DNA of 64,000 nucleotides. Source: Sphagnum compactum (taxonomy: Eukaryota). The DNA is taken from the NCBI GenBank assembly GCA_965153455.1, contig OZ234493.1, forward strand, positions 28,448,213 to 28,512,212, read 5' to 3'. The position numbers were made by a program, and so were the translations under genes. The notes beneath the pieces were generated by a model. That model was not told the DNA's origin. It saw nothing but the letters and a program-made list of their open reading frames with translations, and searched no databases. Positions 39,947 to 52,755 of this stretch are shown piece by piece; position 1 is the first letter of the stretch; the number at the start of each line of letters is the position of its first letter.

Positions 39947-42900
39947 ATGGCTACGCTGCCGGAGCTCGTTCTCAAGGACTCTTGCACGGGATGTGGGGCG
40001 ACGCTTGACCTCTACGGCAGCAGCTGCCGTCACCTTACTCTGTGTGTAAAGTGTGGCAAGTCTATGGCCGAGACTGCTGCGCCGTGCTCTGATTGTGGAG
40101 TCCCCATCACACGCCTGATCCGTGTTTGGTCTCTACACCCTTTTTCCACGCTTTCTTTCTTCCTGTTTCATTTGCCTCATAACAGGGATGCAGCGAGAAA
40201 GCTTAGACTTATTATGTTTGGAGTTTGAAGTTTGAAGTTCTTAGCTTCTGGCTTTGTCACAACAGCTCTAAAGTGGAATGATTCTAATCAAGCTTTAGGT
40301 TTGGGAGCTCAATTATGGTGTTTTTCTCTCTTTTTTTTGGTTGTCTGTCGCAGCAGGTCCGTACCAGAAGGGTTTGGAGGTTAGGGTTAGGGTTTACAGC
40401 TCACATTCTGGAAGCCAGTGATTGAAACCACGGTTTTGATGCAGGAGTACAATGTCCGCACACAACCTTTGAACAAGCCACATTTTGTTGGCAGATTCTT
40501 ACAAGGTCTGCCAACCTTTTCAAAGAAGAAAACTAGTGGCACCAAATGGACTTTGCAGCGGGAGGGCTTGCAAGGTCGCCAAGTATCTGAGGCACTTAGG
40601 GTACTGATCTCTGCTGAACATTTGGCCTACTTGTTAGCAAGAGCTCCCTTGCTTTCATGATACTTTAGGTTTTGGACTCTCGATTTGAATTGAACAGGAG
40701 CTATTGACAATCTCAAAGCCTCGTGGTTTGGTTGGAAGACGAATGGTGCACTACAAAATGCTGGTCAGTATGAAGATTTGAGGTTGTATGAAGCATTTGG
40801 GCATATACACCAACACACAGGGTAACTCCATGTACTGATTTGCTCACATGGCTCAAAGATGGTTTTACTCTTGGTTGACTTTGTGGACCAGGAGAAATAT
40901 AAGGCAAAACCATGGATATTGGAGGATGATATTGGGCAGCAGCGATTTCAAGGGCAGCTTGAAGGTGGCCAGCAAGCCACTTACTACTTGCTCATGATGT
41001 CTGGCCAAGAATTTCTTGCTTTTCCCGCTGGTGCTTGGTATGCACCACATGTGACTGTCTCATTACGAGATTCTCTTTCCTGTGTCCATTTGGGGTCTCT
41101 TTTGCAGTCAGGAGATCCAATTTCAAACAACTGTTTTGGGCCATTGTGATTCTCAAATGGCCATCACAGTGTATGTTGTTTGTGGTGTAATCTCCACATC
41201 ATGTACCCTGAACATGTGGTGGTGTAAGATATGATCCATGACATGTTCAAATGTGTCTCATTCACATGAGTACTAAAGGGAATGAGATCTTGAGGCAGTG
41301 GTAATTGCTGCCAGGTACAATTTCAACAAAGTGGCACAGTACAAACAACTTACTTTGGAGGAAGCAGAGGAGCAGATGAAGAATCGGCGAAAGACAGCTG
41401 ATGGGTATCAGCGTTGGATGATGAAGGCAGCCAACACTGGCTCTTCAGTGTTTGCAGATATGGACAAGGTCCCGGGATCTGGTGGTGGTGGGGGCAGAGG
41501 CAGTCGCAAGAAAGGAGGGGATGATGAAGAAAATGAAATTGGTTCTGATGTAGATGAGGATGACATGGATGATGAAGAAGCTCGTAAGAATAGACTAGGG
41601 ATGAACAAGGGTGCAAAAGGTGGTGATGAAGATGGTGAGGAACCTGCTCGGGATGAGAATGACTTGGATGATGAAGAGCCAGAGCGGGGTGAAGCTTCTT
41701 TCTCCCAATGCTTGGATACCACATGCTGCTTTTTCCTTCTAAATGGAAAAGAAAAATAAATAAACACAGGGCTCATATGTAGACATGGTGGGTTGAAAAC
41801 AGGTGATGACTGGGAACATGAAGAAACTTTCACTGATGATGATGAGGCAGTGGGTAATGACCCTGAAGAGCGTGAGGAGCAAGCTCCTGAAGGACCTGCA
41901 CCTCCAGAAATCAAACAGGTATCTTGATGCTTACAGTAGTAGGACTATTCTTTGATCATGAGTATGGAGATATCTCGGGTCTGATGAGAGTTATTATACT
42001 TATAATAGTAGAACTTTAAAGGTAGTAATGACTAATTCAAAAGAAACTGTTAATCTTAAGTGTACGTCCTGCTATTTTGGATGCAACATGAAGCAAAACT
42101 TTGAATTCCACAGTTTTTGAAAACCCAGGAGCCTGTTTGTTCGAGATGGCAGTGATGGTACCAGTGACTGATATGTCTGTCCTGGCTAAACATATCATAC
42201 ACCTGGTTACTGTTAAATCTGTGGATAATCATGTCTATACATGTCTGGGGAAATGTTTCTCTTATTATACTGGAGACAGACATACCTGAATGGGAAATGT
42301 AAATTTAAAACCCTAAAGCCCTAAGCCCATAGGCTATGCATATGGCTGATGCAGGAAGAGGAGGATGAGGAAAATAATCAGGAAGGGCAACAGAATGAGG
42401 ATGCAGCTGGTGGCTTGAGCAAGTCAGGACGTGATATGAAAAAACTCCTTGGCAAATCAGCAGGCATGGATGATTCTGATGCTGAAGACAATGAAGAAGA
42501 TGATGAAGATGTGAGTAAACATGCTGTGTCAAAGTTTGTTGGTCTGCTGGTTAAAGTTTGCAACGTACTCTCACTGTTGACCTGGAGTTGAATCGCATTT
42601 GGTACATTTGTTCCAGGTAGATTTGGACAATGAGGAATTTGGGTTCTCCCCTGTGTTGGCTCCAACACTCAAGGATGCCCGAACAAAAGAGGAACTGACA
42701 GATACTACACCTGCAAAGCCCTCAGGTGCCACTGGCCGTTCTACACCAGCCTCTGCCACGCCTTCTAAAGGCAAACGGAAAGCTAGCACTCCAGGGGAGG
42801 AGACCAAAATTAACACCAACAAAAAGGCAAAAAGTGCATCTGAAAAGGTGGGTTGGTTGCTGTCTGAGTTTGCTTCTGTACCTGATTTGTGATGTGGTAA

Positions 42901-43947
42901 CTCCATCTCTCAAATTTTCAGTTGATTGCTATGTGCTTGTCTTCACCCACCGTCAGTAGCTGATGATGTCAGTATGGCAGCTTGTCACTGCTGTTAGTGA
43001 TGAAGGTGACAGTCTGACACTTCATAGGCAAGTCTCATAGTTATGACTGAGTGATTGTCAAGTTGCCTTCAAAGCGTTCTTGTGGAGATTTCTCTGTGGT
43101 CTCATAGATATAATTGTCTTGTGTATTGTCTATTCAGCAGTAATTATGTGTCTGATCTAGTACTTGCGATTTCAACATTGCTTGCTGCTAATTTTCTGTT
43201 CACCAGATGATTCACCATGATGTGGTTTTCACATGCAAACCTTTCAGTTCAGCATTACCAGAGTTTTTTCAATTTGGAACTAGGCAATTTGAGGTTGTAG
43301 GAGTGGACAAAAGCATTTACCTTCTGTGTGGGTCAGGGTGCAAAAACAATGCCAATATCAACAGCTGCAAAGAAGGAAGCTGCAGCAGGTGCTAAAGTTG
43401 CCACAGGAATGGGCCCTCCCAAAGGAGGTGCAACAGCCAAGGTTGCAGGAATGGGTGGTGGAGTCTCAGAGGAAGAAGCAAAGGCTTTGCTTCGACAGTC
43501 GGGCCCTATCAAGAGCCAAGATCTTGTTGCTAAGTTTAAAAGCAGACTCAAAACCCAAGAGGTGTGCTTGTCATCTTTAAGTTCCCATTGTTGTACAATG
43601 TTTCAGCTATGTGCCTGCAAACATCACAATCTCTTGTTGACAGACAGTATTCCTCGATGGAGGAAAGAGAAGGTTGAAGTTGTCTGTGTTGTTGGACAAT
43701 GCGCTTTACTGAATTGCCATATGGAACATAAACTTCATTGTAGTAAGGTGTTTAAACAATAAGGGGTTTCCATTCTTAATGTTGGGTATAGATTCATTTC
43801 TCCATGTTCACTCTTCAGGTGCAAAGATATGCTGAATGGGATGCAATTTTTGTGCAGGACAAAACTGCTTTTGCACAGATTTTGAAGAAAATATCTCGGA
43901 TTCAGAAAACAGATGGTGTGAACTACATTGTGTTACGAGACAAGTGA
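39947..43947 (+). CDS. RAP74: Transcription initiation factor IIF subunit alpha (RAP74), 556 aa, 9 exons
   Basis: Exons 39947-40123, 40445-40600, 40892-41037, 41315-41688, 41803-41918, 42355-42510, 42617-42847, 43337-43561 and 43858-43947. Motifs KPWILED..FQGQLEG..TYYLLMM, WYNFNKVAQYKQLTLEEAEEQM, DDWEHEETFTDDDE, an acidic centre and a C-terminal winged helix (VSEEEAKALL..GPIKSQDLVAKFK). Confidence 0.96.
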
Positions 43948-46900
43948 AAATGGAGGCTGACTACCTACTATACAGGAATGCATTGTGTTCACAAGTCTTT
44001 TTATGTAAACAATTCTATCTGTTGCTCACATCTTCTCAGCTTTCACAGTGTAAAAATGGTGCAACTTCTGACATGAAGTCTACCAGTAAGTTTTACTATC
44101 TCTGTCCTTCCCAACTTTCCTTATGATTTGAAAGGTTTCTTGAGGTAGCTTGGGCTTCACATTGATATATACATGGTAGTATGTAGGGCCATACTGTAAG
44201 CATCCATCACACCATCTGTGCATGTCTGGGCTGGCCTGGTAGGTGCAGTTCCTATGTTTCATCACCGCAAATCCTCTCTAAGCAGGAGCCAGATCCTTTT
44301 GTATTCTGGGTATAACTTGCTTCTAGTTAAAATGCTATTCCGTGAATTTACTGACCCATTCAGGACGTGTTAACAACTTACACTTACTTGGCCCAGTGCC
44401 TTTGTGTGGACTCCTTTCTCTCTGATTAGTTGTGATGTTATTGAGATGTTTTGAAAATTATTGCTGATAATCAAAGTAGTGTTGCTGTTAATTTGCATGA
44501 ATTTTAGTAGATTTATAGTGGGCCAAGGAAAGATAGATGTAGGAAAGGGCACTGGTGGCCCTCCTTTGGCTGTTTTGTGCACTTTTTATAGCCAGAGGGT
44601 GTCAACCACTTTGCAAAGAGTGCAAGTCAACACTATTTTGAGGCATGCCATTTTCGTAGGTGAGAGCTCTTCTAGGCTCACTGTTTTTCAAATTTGTTAT
44701 CCCTTCAAGTTATGCTTATTGTGACTAGTTGGTGTTCTAGAACATGAGTTGTTCCTTTTCCCTTTCGTGACCCCCCTCTGGGGTTTGTCCTTTTGGCTCA
44801 AACTTAGGTCCTCCCTCTTTGTCCTTTCCTTTCCCCCTTTGCTGAATTCTTTGTTTAATGGAGTTTACCAGGGTTCATCATCCCTTAGCACTAACTAGAT
44901 GCCCTTCTAAGCCTAGACGAATCTTGGACTTAAGACTTGTGGCAAACTTCTCAAATGGTTCAGGATCTTGTCGCCCATGCCCCCATGGTTGGAACAAACT
45001 ATCCAACTGCACGAGGCTCCCTAAAGGGAAATAGGCATCCTGCTTCCTTAGCTTAGTGTCACTCCGTCCTTGTGTTAGTGTCCTCATGCTTGGTGCTGAG
45101 GCCCCCCAAGTCCCTTAGGTCACATCATAGCACATTCTGAGGTGCCACTTAATCCTTAATGATCTTTCTCCACTTTACAATTGAACCTTACTTCATGAAC
45201 TCATTAGGATCCTTGACTAGGCTTACTATTGGCTCTTATCTTATGGCCTTGCATTGAACCACCTTGGCTCATCTTGTGTTGACCCACTCACCACCTTGAC
45301 ATGCCCTCCTCAAGTGGTCTCACACGAGCTCACACCAAGGCTCATGTCAAACCCCCTTTCCTCAGACAATAGAACCTCCTCCCAATAATTATGTTATTAT
45401 AGCGAGAGGGAAATATGTACTGCTACATCATCTCCACTCCCACCCTTTATTTGAGGCTCTATTAGTGTGTAGCACATCTAGTTAATATACTGTGTTAATA
45501 AATCCTGTGTGTACCCCATATACATGAAAAAGTGGAGAGTATAATGTGAGAGACTATTTAAATGTGAGGTGATATAGCTACATCTCTTAATCGCCAGTAT
45601 TTTACTTGCATTGAGAATCTTAAAGTTAGGGGACATTTGGGTTTGCAACTTTGCATGATGGCGATAGTTTTAGACTATTGTAGAACAAACTTAGGTATTA
45701 TATTTGCAACTTTGCTTTGACAATTAATAGATTTTGAAAGCTTGTGGTTGAGACTTGAGAATCCAGATTTGATCTCAAGAAATATGGTGTAATGGTTTTA
45801 GGTTGTGCCTACCACCAACCTCTAGGATTCAGGAACCATCACTGAGCTTCATGGTTTAGCAATGTCGAATAACGGAGTTGTTAGTCATGACAATGCTGCA
45901 AGACTTGGAAGTTGGGATTTAGGATTCATGAACTTGCAAGTTGAATGCTTGCAGGTGAGTTAACATATTGGAGCATGGAGTATTGTATACGCTTGTAAAT
46001 TCTAGGTGTGCCACTATCTTTTGTTATAATAAACCTGTAAATACATAAGCAAAAAATGATGCTAGTTTATTATTAGATCTAAATATGATATTTTGTAATC
46101 TATATGGAACTCAATTATTCACTCCTACACCCTATTTTTCCTTTGTTTTGCATTGTAATGCCCATCATGCTTTTAACCTTTCTTTAACGACCAACAAATT
46201 TTTCATGTGTGCTTAATGCCCAGTGCCAAGTGCCTGTATGTTTAGTCTAGTTGCTAGCGACATAACTAGATATTATGTGTCCAAACTTCAGACTTCAATA
46301 ACCATGGACTAAGTGTTAATCTTTGGAAATTATGTCTACTGCTAGGTACATGTAAAAGCCAAATGCTTGGAGATATTGAATGTTCACTTAGAATTTGCAT
46401 TTGTTCTCTGGACTTCTCTATTGAACACTAGAGAGAGAGGTTCATTACATCTTGCAAGATGAATAAACAGGTATGGTACCTTAAATTATATAGCCCACAT
46501 TTTGTCAAATTCCAATGTGTGATCCCTACTTATAGATTCAAGCTATGAAGTTTTTTCTTGTATGAGATCCAGTTTAAAATTTGGATGTTCTACTCGTGGC
46601 CCCACATTACACAAATTGTAATATTTATATTTTTTGTAGGTAGGGTAACTATTCAATATTTGCTATTGTTACAATGTTGTTGGAATGATTGTGAATCGTG
46701 ATATGTGAAAAATCTATCTAAGCAAACCCTTGGTCACTAAGTGTAGGGATTCGAAACAATTATGCATCATTTGAGAAATTGCTAAAGATTATGAACTTTC
46801 AATCCTACAAGAGAAAGTAGTAGATGTAGGAATTCGATTTTGGTAGTTTGTTGTCAACTAGTTAGGGATTTTGGTTCAAAGTTCATCATATTCCAATGGT

Positions 46901-47446
46901 GCCCAGTGTTTGACATCCATGTGCATAGGGTAGTTACTCTAGTGTTTAGTGGAGCCTAGGCCTTGAAGGGTTGGATGCTACATTTGTGTTGCTTGTATGG
47001 TAGAATCACCAACTTACATAATACATTGTATATATAATCTTTGCCAATTGTGATGGACTACATCTAGCTAAGGTTGTGATTGATTGCCAATTTCTATAAA
47101 CTAAATTTGCTTGATTCCCAATGCCCATTTCCCACATATTTAATTTTAGGGTTTAAATCCAAGTCCATTTGTGAATATAATATGTTGAGCAAATTTATGA
47201 AAAAATTCCAATTTGATCAACTTTCAACTTGTAACATTTGTTTTGTGGTTCCTAGTCCTTTGTTGCATGCAAGGTTAATACATCATGGCCCCTTTACAAA
47301 TCCCTTCGAATTTCAAGTTCAAGCCTTTATTCCTTGTTTCATCACCACTTGAAGATGAGGGCAGTCCATCTTCTGCCCAACCTACTATTGTTTGATCTGC
47401 AAATATATCACCAAGTCAAGTTGCTTCTAATTTAACATGTGAAGAT

Positions 47447-49638
47447 TTGTCCAATCATATTCCACCAAAGAAACAAAAGTTATATGACAGCTCAAAGAAG
47501 TTTCAGGATGCTTGGACAACCCATTTGCCTTGGGCAAAATCTGTCATTGATGAAAAAGGGTTGGTGCAACAAGTTAGATGCAAAATTTGCACAACTATTA
47601 GAGAGAAGGAAAATTTGTTAGCCCCAAAGCTAAATAATTTGCTTAAACATGTTGGGTGTTGGAAAACTAAGTTTTTAATGCCAAGTGTGGATGCTGGTTC
47701 ACATTACTTTAACAAAAATTTGGTGCATGCTAAGAATGAATGTGATTTTTTTGTTGTTAACCTTTTATCTTGGATTAGCTCCATGTTGATTTCCCTTCTA
47801 AACACAAAAAAAAGTATGTGCAATGCAATTTCTTTCAATTTAAACCATTTGTTGACCCATGGCCGTCCCATGATTAACTATGAATACATGCCAAGCTTGT
47901 TTCACATGTTGAAGGTCAAATTTGTTTCTTGGAAGCATTGGTTAGATTCTTCAAGTTGGGGCATGGCTAAAGTGATGCACGATGTGTTGCTAGAGGCCAC
48001 AAAGGCGGCATTTTTTCATGCCAACTTCATTACTTTCAGTGTACATGAAATTATAACCATTAATAACACACAATGGTTGTCAACTCATTAAGACATGGTG
48101 TAAGGTTGGAAGAGGATTCTAATCCTCCTATGTGTTGAATCTATTGGGGTTTTCGTCACATCTTACAACATTTTTGGACTGATGGTTAAGGGCTTGCTTA
48201 CGTTTAGTGGGTTAGGGTTGGAGGAATTAGCAAGGAAGCTAGTTAGCATGGGATGCAATGGAGCTCTATCTTTCAAGGCCATTGAACGAATGTGACCATG
48301 TAATTCAAAAAAGTTGTCACCCCTTTTCTAAGTGGAATTCATTGTTTTGCCCATAAGATGAATTTGATAATGATCACTTTGTTTGACTTTCCACTTGTGC
48401 ATCGATTAGAGGATGTATTACAAAGGTTGTATTTTTGCTCATAGCCCAAAGAAATTCCTTCAATTTCAAAAGCTGGCAGATTTGATTAACACAAAAGGTA
48501 TCAAGTTGCTACTAAACGTGAAAACTCGATGGATCTCCATGCTTTCCCCAACAAAATGGGTATATGTTGAATACCATCCTTTAATTGTGAAAATGCATTC
48601 TAAGAGTTCCAAGAATGATTAAGCTTTGAAGAATTTGAATGTCATGTGTGAAGTTGAATTCATATTGGGTTTGCCTTGTATTTTGCCATTGCTGGAATGT
48701 GTGCCAAAATTTCTCAAGATAGAAATGATTTTGTGTGTGACTTTGTTTAGAGTGTCAAGCAAACGCAACAAAAGTTGTACAAGTTATATTGTGATTTTTA
48801 CACTAGGTTTGATGATCTAGCTTTTGATGATTTTAATGTTATTGAAACGTTCATTAATGTTGCCTTGCCTATGAATTGGTCTTCTAATATGAATGGTCCA
48901 AAGGATGCCATGTATTTGACATTTTCTTTTGTTAAGCACAACTACCCTTTATACTGTCACGAACTTTCTAGTGTTAGAGAGCTTCAATTTGTCACAAGGG
49001 AGGCTTTCAAGCTAGTTGTGGACAAAGTGAAACAACAATGTGAGGGAGTAGTAAACAATCTTATCAAAGAGCTTGAACAATGTTTTCCAAAACACCAGTT
49101 ATGATGGCACTAAGCATGGTTTATTTCCAATTTTGGGCAAGAAATCCAGCTCATGCAAATGAGGAATGTCACTGACAATAAATTGTGTTGAAGGTTGCCT
49201 TTTGTGCCCTTTGCATGGTGGGTGAGTCTGGGAAAGTGGTCCTTGCCTTGCTTCAGCTCATGCCCTGGATTTACATGTATCTTTTTTCAAGATGATTATG
49301 GGACACAACTTTGACCCAATTTTATGTGAGGGAAATGATTTCAATCCCTTTACAAGGATGTGGTGCAAATTTTCTGGATCTCCATTTCTCAACCACAAGC
49401 TTTTAGAATTCATTAAACTTGTTGAAATTACAGTTGTCCTAGTGCTTGGTTCTGTCAAAAATGAACGCACTTTCAACAGTATGGCCTTCATGAAGACCAA
49501 ACTATGGAATCGACTTAGCACACATCTAGACTTGTGCACCAGATTCTATAGTTAGTGCTTCTTACGTTATAAACTTTTCCTTATGACCAAACAATTACTA
49601 AATGGCAAGCCCAACATTGCTATTGTGCATATGCGTAG
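47447..49638 (+). pseudogene. Decayed ZNF862-like/hAT transposase
   Basis: N-terminal Zn finger (KFQDAWTTHLPWA..CKIC..NLLKH), IHCFAHKMNL (~48337), NVKTRWISML and the hAT dimerisation motif GSVKNERTFNSMAFMKTKLWNRL. Broken across several frames by stops and frameshifts. Confidence 0.88.
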
Positions 49639-50917
49639 TTGCAAAGTTCCTAAGCACTAGCCCGTGGCTAGAAGCTTGAGTTTTGATGATATTATGATTT
49701 TGATGTAGCTAGGGTGCACTTTGCATTAAATATCTTAATTTGAAGTATATCCATGGTTACTATTTGTGTTCTGTCATTAATTTACGGAGTTGAAATGGTA
49801 GTCAATACATCATTTTTGAATTCTTCAAGTGATTGCAACAAGGGTAGGGCTATGATTTTGGAACATCATGTGTTAGGCTAGGTAGAAGGGGGCATTAGAT
49901 TTGTAGTCATTTACATCTTTTGAATATGTTAGTAGATCATCAATGACCACTTTGGTATGGCTACCCTTTCTAGGGCCTTCAATCTATCACCATTTAATAG
50001 TCCAGTGGCAATGGTGGTTGATCATGATATAATGTTCTCAAATCTATCATGTGGTTTTGGTAAAGGGAAGATCTTCATCTTTTCCATTTGAATATCTTGG
50101 TCTGTAGACAGAAAGGAATTGGTCTTTAGATACATTCAATTGAATTTGTCACATGGTTGTAGCAAGGGTATGGTGGTGATTTTTACACACATAACATAAC
50201 CTACATACTCTATTTGTAGGCTTGTCATAGTGATGGTTTTTTGTTTTCTAAGATATTTCCAATTTCCTTCACAAAACCATTTAGAATTGATTTTGTTGAG
50301 CTTTTTAGCAACAAAACCACACAATTTGGATTGTTGTTTGTCGTCACATTTTTTATCATGAGCATTTTTATGTTGCCATAGTTTCTCTTGTTTTCAAGAT
50401 TGACTAGTTTTGTGTAGCCAAATTTGCTCCCTTGCTGTTCACCTAGTAGCCAAATATACAACCTACCTAAGACTTATGTCGCTTAGATTTTTTAATAACA
50501 ATTGATATTCGTGTTGCCAATTTATGGATAATTGGAAATTTGTAATCGCCATCCGAGCCACTGTTCAATGAAAAGAATTTGCCAAATCAGCTCCACTTCA
50601 CCCCCAAAAAAAAAAAAAATGAAAAAGAAAAAAAAGCCAGCTAAGCTATTCAACAGTTGAAGTGTGTAGCCAAATTCTCTGAAAGAGTGGGGGAAAAAAA
50701 ATCCAATTGTGGGAATTCCCCAAAGTAAGTGCCCATCATCCACTGGATGCCCGTTATTACTCAGTTGTGGATGAACCGCAACTGAGTTAATATTTGATTT
50801 CACCTTGGTAACCAATTTTGTAACAAGTAGGTCTCATATATAGGTAGATAGGTAGGAAAATTGGTACTTACTAGATAAGTAGATGTTTTATATGTAGGTA
50901 AGGGGCTGCTTTTAAAT

Positions 50918-50961
50918 ACCTACCTACTAACAACCCACTTGTGGGTTGTTAGTAGGTAGGT
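50918..50961. repeat. Perfect 21-bp inverted repeat with 2-nt loop
   Basis: ACCTACCTACTAACAACCCAC-TT-GTGGGTTGTTAGTAGGTAGGT. Confidence 0.95.
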
Positions 50962-51457
50962 TGGTAAAAACAAAGCACTGAGCTAACCACCATGGTTAGC
51001 TAGGCAACTGGAACCCAACAGAAAACTGTTTCCTGACCACTTACCATCCATCCTTCAAAGGGCGCTGGTGGGTGCTGCTGGTTCACTGTGACCATGCAAC
51101 CCTACAAGTGAGACTTGGGTCCGTCGACCAAGTCCTCAGTTAGCTGAGATGCTTTCTTGAGTGCCACTCCATCATGTTTGAGACCAATTTGCGAGGAAAT
51201 AAGCAGGTCGGCGGGGGACCCACTTAGGTTACTAGAAGTGTAGATGCAGGATTGGTTTCATGTGCTTGCTCCTATGGTACTTGTCAGTCGCTAGTTCTGA
51301 GAGTTCCAGGGATTGCAGGGTTTAGGGTTTAAGTAGGGCGGGGTCTAGGGTTGGAGTCTAAACCGATTGCCCTGTTCTTTTTTTCCTCGTTTGTTGGTGG
51401 TGGTGGTGGGTGTTGTGAAGCTGGACGTGAATGTGGTTGCACAGGGATTTGGAACCA

Positions 51458-52755
51458 ATGGAAACAGCAGCGTCTGCAAATGGGCAGGCTAGACAAGAGC
51501 AGGCCGGTAGTAGCGAAGGTATCGCGTCGCTGCTTGCACTGGCTCGGCAACAGATCAATGAAGGCAACCCTTCTCTCGCTTTACAGGCGGTAGGTAATAC
51601 AGGAAATCGGTTTCTCCTTTTTCAATGGGTGTTAGATTTGGATGCAGCATTCTGCGTGCATGTTGAATTTGGGTCGATGTAGATGGAATTGGAATTGGGT
51701 GTCTCTTTCTCTCTTTCTGGGACCACTGCTGGCTTTTCAGAGCTGACAACCGTTTCTAATGGCTTTTGTTATCCCAACTTGATTGTCCGATTTATATTCA
51801 ACCCAGAATTTGGGAGTTCTTAGGGTTAGCACTGGTTTACCACCACCATTTCCATCCATCTGGATTCACTCTGTATAACAAGGAGCATGGGCCTAGTCAA
51901 TTTTCAATTGCATTCATTAATGTTGTCAAGAAGATAGAAGGAAATTAGGTCAAATCTTTAAGGTATAGTTTAGATTTGAGTAATTCAGAGAAAAATTGCA
52001 GTATGCATATGCACCATGCACAAAATGAATAAAATCACACAGAACACAGGAGTTTTCTGCTCTAGTTTTGAAAGAAAAATACAGCACATTTTCACCTATC
52101 TGCTTAATTTTGGCAATTCCCATATTTTTGGCCATGTCTTTTGTGTTTTTTGTCCAGTTTCATTGAAATTGCAAATAGTCTGCTGCTGTATCACATTGAC
52201 AGAACCAGAATTTTCATGCCAATGATGACATCAGTTGGATTCAAGAATTGAGCATAATCACAGCATACTGTGGAAGCTTCATGAGGGACACATGCTTACC
52301 ATCATTTGAAATCATCTGGCATATGGGGTTGGGGAGGATAGGTGGTGATGGCACTTCGAGCCACAGGAGGCGAGCAAGCGGTGCTGGGAGCATTGGGAAG
52401 AGCACGTGAATTGTACCATAGTGGCTTGCGTGAAAATGCTGCTACTGATGAACTGTCAGCCTTGTTTGCAGAATGTGCAATTGCTACACTCCCTCCACAG
52501 CCCACAGCTACACCTGTTGCAACAAATGCAGCTGATTCAGCGTCAGGGCAATTTGTAGATCATGAGCTAATGGACACTACGGACATCAATGGTGCCAACA
52601 GTGGCTCCATATTGGCAGAGAGTGGCAGGGAACAAGTGGTTATAGATGCTTCATCCGATGGCAGCAGCTTTGTATGTCAGCAATGTGGTGGTGTTGTAAG
52701 TAACCTTCGCAGAGATGAGCATATGTCTTTCTGGTGTTCTCCACCTCCCTCGTGA
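51458..52755 (+). CDS. Conserved plant protein with C-terminal C2HC zinc finger, ~181 aa, 2 exons
   Basis: Exons 51458-51589 and 52342-52755 join as ..LLALARQQINEGNPSLALQA|VVMALRATGGEQAV..SILAESGREQVVIDASSDGSSFVCQQCGGVVSNLRRDEHMSFWC. Alternative in-frame ATG at 51431. Telo-box-like GGGTTTAGGGTTT at ~51318 upstream. Confidence 0.88.

Noticed and set aside
40372-40397. Telomere-like TTAGGG repeats (also ~22648, ~42308, ~55744)
   Set aside because: Only 2-3 degenerate units. These are common telo-box-like motifs, not an interstitial telomere.
41350-41914. His/Ser/Pro-rich minus-strand ORFs
   Set aside because: Antisense of the acidic, Gly-rich RAP74 exons.
44750-45400. Possible LTR/retroelement fragment
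   Set aside because: No paired LTR, PBS, PPT or RT/gag motif identified.
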